Positions 57,836-64,000 of a DNA stretch of 64,000 nucleotides are shown one piece after another. Made by a program: the position numbers and the translations under genes. How positions within the stretch are numbered: position 1 is the first letter of the stretch; every line of letters begins with the position of its first letter. The stretch spans positions 32,001-96,000 of the IMG/VR virus record IMGVR_UViG_3300020048_000056; one strand, 5' to 3'. This stretch comes from a virus. Under the pieces are notes generated by a model. That model was given only the letters and a program-made list of their open reading frames with translations. It made no database searches and was not told the DNA's origin.

Positions 57836-58263
57836 ATCCTTTTGATATAGCGGTAGATGCAATAAATAATGGATACTTTACACCAATAACTAAAGGTAAA
57901 AGGAAAAGAAATAATACTATGGAGGAGATTGAAATGAATTTTGATACATGGGCCAAAGAAATCCATGAGACATCAGTAGAGAAAGGATTTTGGGAGCCTA
58001 ATAACGAAGAGACTCACATCATCTTTTATCTAAAGCAGATTGCAATGATCCATTCAGAGTGTTCTGAGGTTTTGGAGGCAATTAGAAAAGAAAAGGGTGA
58101 CGATCAAGTAGTTGAAGAACTAGCAGACATTATCATTCGTACTCTTGATCTCTATGAAGGCTTGAAGGTAGATGGATATACAGAAGAGTCCCTTCATCAG
58201 GTCATGCGTAGGAAAACCACCATTAACCGACAGAGAGGGCAGATGCACGGGGTGCTAGCCTGA
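57832..58263 (+). CDS. MazG-like NTP pyrophosphohydrolase
   Basis: IHSECSEVLEAIRK..EELADIIIR; alternative start at ATG 57934. Confidence 0.8.
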   Translation: MNPFDIAVDAINNGYFTPITKGKRKRNNTMEEIEMNFDTWAKEIHETSVEKGFWEPNNEETHIIFYLKQIAMIHSECSEVLEAIRKEKGDDQVVEELADIIIRTLDLYEGLKVDGYTEESLHQVMRRKTTINRQRGQMHGVLA

Positions 58264-59279
58264 TGACTGACATTAATGAGATCCTTGCACAACTTAATCC
58301 AAAATTGCGTAAGAGACTCACCCTTGGATCAGAGGTAGAGGCAACAACATTTGCAAAGACTCCATCATTTGGACTCAATCGTGCGCTCAACGGTGGACTC
58401 CCATACGGAAGGCAAGTCCTTATTTATGGGAATAAGTCTGCTGGGAAGTCATCATTCTGCCTACAACTCATTGCAGATGCTCAAAAGGAAGGTAAGGTGT
58501 GTGCATGGATCGACGCAGAAATGTCATATTCCACAGAATGGGCTTCAGCATTAGGCGTAGACAACGAAACGCTTATTCACTCAACAGCACGCACCATGAA
58601 CGATATGGTAGATGTTGGTACAGAACTTATGAAGGCAGGAGTAGACATCATTGTCGTGGATAGTATTTCTGCTCTTCTTCCTGCTATCTATTTTGAGAAG
58701 GACTCTAATGATCTCAAACAACTGGAGAATACTAAGCAGATTGGTGCTGAATCAAGAGATATGGCTAATGCAGTAAAGATGCTTAACTATGCAAATAATC
58801 GTGGTAATCAAACATTGCTTATCTTTATCTCTCAGATTAGAAATAGTTTCGGATCAATGCATGTGTCTCATGAACCTACTGGTGGTCATGCCACAAAGTT
58901 CTACTCATCAACGATCATTAAGTTATTCTCTAGTCAGTCAGACAACCAAGCAATCAAGGGGAAGATATACATTAACGATAAAGTCCTTGAGGAAAAGGTT
59001 GGTCGTAAGGTTCGTTGGGATGTTCAATTCTCAAAGACAAGTCCTGCATTCCAAAGTGGGGAGTATGACTTTTATTTCCGTGGAGATGATGTTGGCATCG
59101 ATACTATTGCAGATCTAGTTGACACAGCAGAAGGAATTGGGGTTATTGAAAGAGGTGGTGCTTGGTATACCGTCGAAGGAGAACGTTTCCAAGGAAGAGA
59201 CAAGTTAGTCTTGGGAGTTAAAGAAAACCTAGATCTCCAAGATCTATTAATCAAGAAGGTAAATGATGAACAAGTATAG
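58263..59279 (+). CDS. recA: RecA/UvsX-like recombinase
   Basis: GGLPYGR, GNKSAGKS, WIDAE, VVDSI, ISQIR, TGGHA. Confidence 0.93.
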   Translation: MTDINEILAQLNPKLRKRLTLGSEVEATTFAKTPSFGLNRALNGGLPYGRQVLIYGNKSAGKSSFCLQLIADAQKEGKVCAWIDAEMSYSTEWASALGVDNETLIHSTARTMNDMVDVGTELMKAGVDIIVVDSISALLPAIYFEKDSNDLKQLENTKQIGAESRDMANAVKMLNYANNRGNQTLLIFISQIRNSFGSMHVSHEPTGGHATKFYSSTIIKLFSSQSDNQAIKGKIYINDKVLEEKVGRKVRWDVQFSKTSPAFQSGEYDFYFRGDDVGIDTIADLVDTAEGIGVIERGGAWYTVEGERFQGRDKLVLGVKENLDLQDLLIKKVNDEQV

Positions 59280-59460
59280 TAATCCTACAAAAAAGATTCC
59301 ATCTGCACCAAAGTTTACTGTTTATGATGGAGTTTTTCCTTGTCAAAAATGCAAAGTCGATGTTGATAAGGCTAGATTTTGGAAGGATACATTTGACTTT
59401 ACTTGGATGTGCGAATGTAGATTCGTATCAAAGGTAAATCTTTATGGGCGAGGATACTAA
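59263..59460 (+). CDS. Small Zn-binding protein
   Basis: CQKC..CEC. Confidence 0.55.
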   Translation: MMNKYSNPTKKIPSAPKFTVYDGVFPCQKCKVDVDKARFWKDTFDFTWMCECRFVSKVNLYGRGY

Positions 59461-59789
59461 TGGCTGACTACAAGGCAAGCAATAAGACTGAAGCCTCAGA
59501 ACTTAAGCGTATGGGGGCCAAGGTCCACAAAAATAGTGGGAGGGGACAGGTTAAGGGTGATGGAAGTACGGATGAGTTTGTGGTTGATGTAAAAGAATAC
59601 AGTAAGTCATATTCTATATCAATTGATAACTGGGCAAAAATCTGTACAGATTCGATGAAGGTCGATAAAAGTAAGTCACCAATGCTGCAACTCGTTCTAC
59701 GAGATGGAAATAGGGTAATTCGATTATCGGTGATAGAATGGTCTATCCTAGAAGATCTAATAGAGAGGGCAAACCGTGACGACGCTTGA
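59460..59789 (+). CDS. PD-(D/E)xK nuclease, Holliday-junction-resolvase-like
   Basis: NSGRG..KGD..VDVK..W.KI. Confidence 0.65.
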   Translation: MADYKASNKTEASELKRMGAKVHKNSGRGQVKGDGSTDEFVVDVKEYSKSYSISIDNWAKICTDSMKVDKSKSPMLQLVLRDGNRVIRLSVIEWSILEDLIERANRDDA

Positions 59790-60072
59790 ACAACTTAGTG
59801 ATCTATATGATATTGCTGAGTATATGAATGATCCAGATCTAACCTTGGCGCTTGAGTTTATTGCAAAGGTAGTAATTAAACCAGATATTCCTATTCAAGT
59901 TGTTGCAGTTGAGTTAGTTAGACTGCAAGCCATAGCCGCAAAGATGGCTATGAAGGCTACATGGATGGCTAATGTCGATAAGAGTGATAGAGCCAAAAAA
60001 AATATGTACTACACAGCATCATCAGAAATTGATAAACTTGTAGGATCACTTAAGTATTTGGTCCGTTTGTGA
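59776..60072 (+). CDS. Conserved helical hypothetical protein
   Basis: LQAIAAK..KNMYY..LKY. Confidence 0.6.
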   Translation: MTTLEQLSDLYDIAEYMNDPDLTLALEFIAKVVIKPDIPIQVVAVELVRLQAIAAKMAMKATWMANVDKSDRAKKNMYYTASSEIDKLVGSLKYLVRL

Positions 60073-60155
60073 TATAGTGTTATCCGTATAGATAATAACC
60101 AAATAACGCCTACCTCTTGGATATCCCACAGGTAGCATACAACAGAAGGAATCAC

Positions 60156-60923
60156 ATGGCTAAGAATTTTCTAAAGCAGGTTATCAATAAGCCACCAGAG
60201 TCAGCGATTGACACTAAGGCATTTATTGAAAGAGTTGAATCAGGATACACAGCAGGTAATGGATATAGTTTTAAGACTAAGAAGACATTCAGCCCATCAG
60301 CACTTGTGTATGGCAATGGAGCATGTCCTCGTTACTGGTTCCTAGCGTTCACAGGGGTAGAGTTTCTTAATGATAACGATGCCTATTCAATTGCTAACAT
60401 GGCAAGTGGAACACTAGGCCACGAGCGTATCCAGAAAGCAATTACAGACGCAGGAATCATGGTTGAGATGGAGAAGCGTATCGTTGCTCAAGATCCTCCA
60501 ATCTTTGGTTTTGCTGATGCCATTGTTCAGTGGGGTGAAGAGCAGCCTGTAGTTGAAATTAAGACTATGCGTGAAGAATCATTCGCGTATCGCAAGTATG
60601 CAAAGCCACCGTCTTACCACCTTATGCAGTTGGCTATTTACATGAAGGTTCTTGGAAAGAAGTTAGGCATCCTTCTTTATGAGAATAAGAACTCTCATGA
60701 ACTGCACGCCATTACTGTTGAGCCAACACCAGAACTCATTGCTTGGGGCGAGTATGCTTTCCAGTGGATGCGTGATGTTCGTTCACAGTGGGAAAGCGGA
60801 GACATTCCCAAGAAGACCTATCGATCAAACTCAAAGGTCTGTGGTGGATGCCCCGTCAGAGAGGCTTGTACAGCCGCTGACAAGGGTACAGTTAAGATTG
60901 AGCCCTTGGAGTACCTTGCATGA
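60156..60923 (+). CDS. Cas4-like/PD-(D/E)xK exonuclease
   Basis: CPRY, GTLGHE, GFAD..EIKT, QLAIY, C..CP..C; start revised to ATG 60156 after SD. Confidence 0.85.
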   Translation: MAKNFLKQVINKPPESAIDTKAFIERVESGYTAGNGYSFKTKKTFSPSALVYGNGACPRYWFLAFTGVEFLNDNDAYSIANMASGTLGHERIQKAITDAGIMVEMEKRIVAQDPPIFGFADAIVQWGEEQPVVEIKTMREESFAYRKYAKPPSYHLMQLAIYMKVLGKKLGILLYENKNSHELHAITVEPTPELIAWGEYAFQWMRDVRSQWESGDIPKKTYRSNSKVCGGCPVREACTAADKGTVKIEPLEYLA

Positions 60924-61213
60924 AGGTGTGCGACTGGTGTTCCCATGAATTCCAGCCTAATGTAAGTTATCAGATTTACTGCTCAGTTGAGTGTAGGGCT
61001 TCTGCTACAAAGGAAAAAGTAAAAGAACTCTATAAAACAAAACGTACTAAAAGACTTATGGTAAAAGAGCGCAGATGTTCTAACGGATGTGGAACACTTC
61101 TTAGTGGATACAACAGTTCTACCATCTGTAGTTCTTGTAATATTAATAGAAAGCAAGTTGACAAGACTCTAAAAGAATTAAGGGGGTTTATAGATTATGA
61201 AAGGCTTGATTAA
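60920..61213 (+). CDS. Cys-rich Zn-finger protein
   Basis: CDWC, YCSVEC, CSNGC, CSSC. Confidence 0.65.
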   Translation: MKVCDWCSHEFQPNVSYQIYCSVECRASATKEKVKELYKTKRTKRLMVKERRCSNGCGTLLSGYNSSTICSSCNINRKQVDKTLKELRGFIDYERLD

Positions 61214-61763
61214 TAAACCAGATAGTTTTGTCAGTATCGATGCCAGTACGAATAGTTTAGCCTTTGCATATTTTAAGCAGGATAGTTTAATAAGGTATGG
61301 AAAGATAAAGTATTTTGGTAATGACATCTATGAAAAGATTTCAGATACATCACACAAAACTCAAGCATTTTTTAAGCAATTCTCTGAACTAGAGTATCTT
61401 CTCATTGAGCAACCTATTTACCTTAACTCACCAAAGACAGCAGCCAACTTATCTATGAGTCATGGGGCTCTTGTTGGATCTGCTGCTTTGGCTGGGGTAA
61501 AGCATATGGCTAGCGTAAGCCCTATGCAATGGCAAAATTGGATAGGCAATGGAAGACTTACTATTGTAGAAAAGGATATTATCCGTAAAGAGACTCCAAA
61601 CAAATCAGAGTCTTGGTATAAATCTAAAGAAAGAGAATTTCGAAAGAGCAGAACTATTAAATTTGTCAATGAGAAGTTTAATCTAAAAGTTGATGATGAC
61701 GATATTGCAGATTCAATTGCTATTGGATCTTGGGCTGTTGACAATTGGAACAAGGTATTCTAA
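61197..61763 (+). CDS. ruvC: RuvC-like Holliday junction resolvase
   Basis: SIDAST, LIEQP, DDDIADSIAI. Confidence 0.75.
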   Translation: MKGLINKPDSFVSIDASTNSLAFAYFKQDSLIRYGKIKYFGNDIYEKISDTSHKTQAFFKQFSELEYLLIEQPIYLNSPKTAANLSMSHGALVGSAALAGVKHMASVSPMQWQNWIGNGRLTIVEKDIIRKETPNKSESWYKSKEREFRKSRTIKFVNEKFNLKVDDDDIADSIAIGSWAVDNWNKVF

Positions 61764-61767
61764 GATT

Positions 61768-61917
61768 ATGGCTAAGAACGCAGGACTTCATCACTCTGAA
61801 TCATACTTAAGAAAGCGTTTGTATCTGGATAAGAAAACACCAGAGCAGATTGCCATTGAGTGTGGGGTAAGTTTACAAATCATCTATCGACAACTAAAAA
61901 AGTTTGGATTAAAATGA
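61768..61917 (+). CDS. Small HTH protein
   Basis: KTPEQIAIECGVSLQIIYRQLKKFG. Confidence 0.7.
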   Translation: MAKNAGLHHSESYLRKRLYLDKKTPEQIAIECGVSLQIIYRQLKKFGLK

Positions 61918-62120
61918 GTGATCAGGTAAATCATCCTATCCATTACACGAGTCACCCCTCTGGAATAGAGGTAATTCAAATTACTGAGCATATGAATTTT
62001 TGTCTTGGTAATGCTATTAAATATATTCTAAGGTCTGATTTAAAAGGTAAGCAAATTGAGGACTTAAAGAAGGCTGTTTGGTATATTAATCGGGAGATTA
62101 ATCGCCTAGAACAAACCTAA
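61914..62120 (+). CDS. DUF3310-type phage protein
   Basis: DQVNHPIHY..FCLGNAIKYILR..EDLKKAVWYI. Confidence 0.85.
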   Translation: MSDQVNHPIHYTSHPSGIEVIQITEHMNFCLGNAIKYILRSDLKGKQIEDLKKAVWYINREINRLEQT

Positions 62121-62135
62121 AATAAATAAACATCG

Positions 62136-62151
62136 TGTGATTCATTTCACA
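62136..62151. promoter_or_regulatory. CRP/GlxR-type operator
   Basis: TGTGA-ttcatt-TCACA, 10/10 consensus, intergenic. Confidence 0.65.
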
Positions 62152-62229
62152 TTTTGCTAAAATACCTATCAATCGTGCATAATTGCTGTTATGCTAGAAC
62201 CTGTTGCCGCCGCTATAGGAGGAAATAAC

Positions 62230-62778
62230 ATGACGAAAACGAAACTGGTAGGAGGAGTTATGGCTAGCATTATGGCAGTAGCATTAGTTACCGCATCTGC
62301 AAGTTCTGCTTCAACCGAACAGGTATATGCTAAGTCAAATATACCTATTGCGACGGAGGCTTTGCTAAAGCCTGTCGTTAATAAAACAAAGGCTAAATCA
62401 AAGCCAAACAATGTCTGTAAAAGCTGGCTCGCCAAGGAATTGAAGAGTGCAGGATTTAAAGACAAGGGATTGAAGATCGCATGGTCAATTGCTATGCGTG
62501 AAAGTGGAGGAAGGGCTAACGCAATTTCTTCCACTGGAGACTACGGAGTCTTCCAGTTCAACCGCGCAGCGTGGTCAGGGCAACCTTGGTGGAATACACA
62601 TAAGTTGCTCACACGCAAATACAATATCATGGTTGCCTACAAGATATCTCAACATGGCACAACATGGTATCCCTGGGACATAAATGGTCAAGGGAAGCAC
62701 CTTAAGAGGTATACACCTAACAGTGTTTACCACAAGTACGAGGCTTGGTACAGTAAGTATCCAAGCAACTGTAAGTAA
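62230..62778 (+). CDS. Secreted lytic transglycosylase (SLT/Rpf-like lysozyme fold)
   Basis: Sec signal peptide (MTKTK, hydrophobic core, ASA), AMRESGG catalytic Glu, DYGVFQF, WYPW; SD AGGAGG. Confidence 0.8.
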   Translation: MTKTKLVGGVMASIMAVALVTASASSASTEQVYAKSNIPIATEALLKPVVNKTKAKSKPNNVCKSWLAKELKSAGFKDKGLKIAWSIAMRESGGRANAISSTGDYGVFQFNRAAWSGQPWWNTHKLLTRKYNIMVAYKISQHGTTWYPWDINGQGKHLKRYTPNSVYHKYEAWYSKYPSNCK

Positions 62779-62856
62779 GTAGTGAGCAGGGCAGGAACCC
62801 TAAGTTATCTATTGGTGGCAACAATCCTGCCCTGCCACTGCTATAATTGGAGTCTT

Positions 62857-63381
62857 ATGAGCGAAATAGTAGATCACATTGAAGAAGTCAATAGAGTTGC
62901 ATCAGAGTACATTAAGGGGTCTAATGAGTCTGAAATATCTAAGCAACTGGATATCCCACGAGCAAGAGTCTCATCTCTTCTTAGAGAGTGGAAGAGCATG
63001 GCAAGCAATTCAGAGGCTGTCAGAGCACGAGCGCGTGAGGCTCTATCAGGAGCAGATCAACACTATTCTAAACTCATCAAGCAAGCATATGAAGTTATCG
63101 ATGAAGCAACTTTTAACAGCAACCTATCTGCAAAGACTGCTGCAATTAAACTCATCCTTGATATAGAATCTAAGCGTATTGATATGCTTCAAAAGGCGGG
63201 ACTCCTAGAAAATAAGGAACTTGCAGATCAGTTACTAGAAACAGAACGTAAGCAGGAACTGTTGATGAAGGTTCTTGTTGAAGTGTCAGGGTCATGTGCG
63301 GTATGTAAGCCCAAGGTTCTTAAGCGCCTAGCAGAGGTTTCTGGTCCCAATGGAGAAGCCGTGGTTATCAATGGCGATTGA
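62857..63381 (+). CDS. terS: Terminase small subunit
   Basis: N-terminal HTH (EISKQLDIPRARV), helical, overlaps terL; TGCTATAAT at 62839. Confidence 0.7.
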   Translation: MSEIVDHIEEVNRVASEYIKGSNESEISKQLDIPRARVSSLLREWKSMASNSEAVRARAREALSGADQHYSKLIKQAYEVIDEATFNSNLSAKTAAIKLILDIESKRIDMLQKAGLLENKELADQLLETERKQELLMKVLVEVSGSCAVCKPKVLKRLAEVSGPNGEAVVINGD

Positions 63382-64000
63382 TCTCTCTGATTTTCTTGGG
63401 GCACTTGATGATTCCCCATTTGAAGAAGTTCCCGTAGACTTAGATACCTTTCTTCATGATGTGAACTACCTAGATCAGCCAGAACTGTCACAGATTCAGC
63501 GTGACCTTGTAGAGGCTATGAGTCAGATCTATAAAGAAGAAGATCTGATTAGATTCATGGGCGATAAAGAAGGCCATGATCACTACAAGAAGTATACTAA
63601 GGCAGAGGTTATCCTCCAGTTGGGCAAGGGATCAGGTAAGGATCATACCTCTACCATTGGTTGCGCTTACCTAGTATACAAACTCTTATGTCTAAAAGAC
63701 CCTGCACGCTACTTTGGTAAGCCTCCTGGTGACGCTATTGATATTATTAACGTTGCAATCAATGCACAGCAGGCAAAGAACGTCTTCTTCAAGGGATTTA
63801 AGAATAAGATTACTCGCTCTCCTTGGTTTGCAGGGAAGTTTGATGCAAAGGCAGATAGTATTGAGTTTGATAAGGCTATAACCGTTTACTCAGGTCACTC
63901 AGAACGAGAGAGTCATGAGGGACTTAACCTTATTCTAGCAATCCTTGATGAGATCTCAGGATTTGCCCAAGACTCTGCATCTGGAAATGAAGGTGCTAAG
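63371..64000 (+). CDS. terL: Terminase large subunit, 3' truncated
   Basis: Hand translation MAIDLSDF..; Walker A GKGSGKD and Walker B AILDEISGF. Confidence 0.9.
   Translation, partial: MAIDLSDFLGALDDSPFEEVPVDLDTFLHDVNYLDQPELSQIQRDLVEAMSQIYKEEDLIRFMGDKEGHDHYKKYTKAEVILQLGKGSGKDHTSTIGCAYLVYKLLCLKDPARYFGKPPGDAIDIINVAINAQQAKNVFFKGFKNKITRSPWFAGKFDAKADSIEFDKAITVYSGHSERESHEGLNLILAILDEISGFAQDSASGNEGAK

Noticed and set aside
17083-59279. Inteins or introns in nrdJ, dnaB, dnaE and recA
   Set aside because: Lengths are normal and motifs contiguous; no C..HN/C splice signature seen.
60156-60923. CRISPR-Cas system
   Set aside because: Solo Cas4-like nuclease in a recombination module; no repeat-spacer array or other cas genes seen.
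62196-62229. c-di-AMP (ydaO) riboswitch before the Rpf-like gene
   Set aside because: The leader is too short and lacks the conserved elements.
1-64000. tRNA genes, integrase/att sites, invertase shufflon, stop-codon recoding
   Set aside because: No cloverleaf or recombinase recognised by eye, and standard-code ORFs tile the window densely; tRNAscan was not run.

Overview
This 64 kb window comes from a large, AT-rich, long-tailed dsDNA phage (siphovirus-type Caudoviricetes). The host is inferred to be an Actinobacterium, probably a freshwater one. The basis is a DnaE-type polymerase, class II RNR, ThyX, an actinophage-type holin cassette, many leaderless extended -10 promoters and a CRP/GlxR box. 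Gene order: mosaic fibre/adhesin genes and a holin cassette (1-4.1 kb); thyX and an HNH gene on the minus strand; a fibre and Gly-rich adhesin array (5.2-17 kb); nrdJ; a large virion protein; portal, protease, capsid, neck, tail tube, frameshifting tail chaperone, a 2630-aa tape measure and tail tip (23-50 kb); replication and recombination genes (50-62 kb: DnaB, DnaG, SSB, DnaE, MazG-like, RecA, resolvases, Cas4-like); then a secreted lytic transglycosylase, TerS and the start of TerL. Most notable signals: (1) a perfect CRP box (TGTGA-N6-TCACA) directly upstream of the secreted Rpf/SLT-like muralytic gene; (2) a recurring TGnTAYAAT-N6-ATG leaderless promoter-start unit heading individual accessory cassettes; (3) GC-rich hypervariable adhesin cassettes with near-identical flanks; (4) module-shuffled fibres and repeated beta-barrel inserts in tail-tip proteins. 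No tRNA, CRISPR array, integrase, intein or reverse transcriptase was seen. All calls come from reading motifs by eye, with no database searches.
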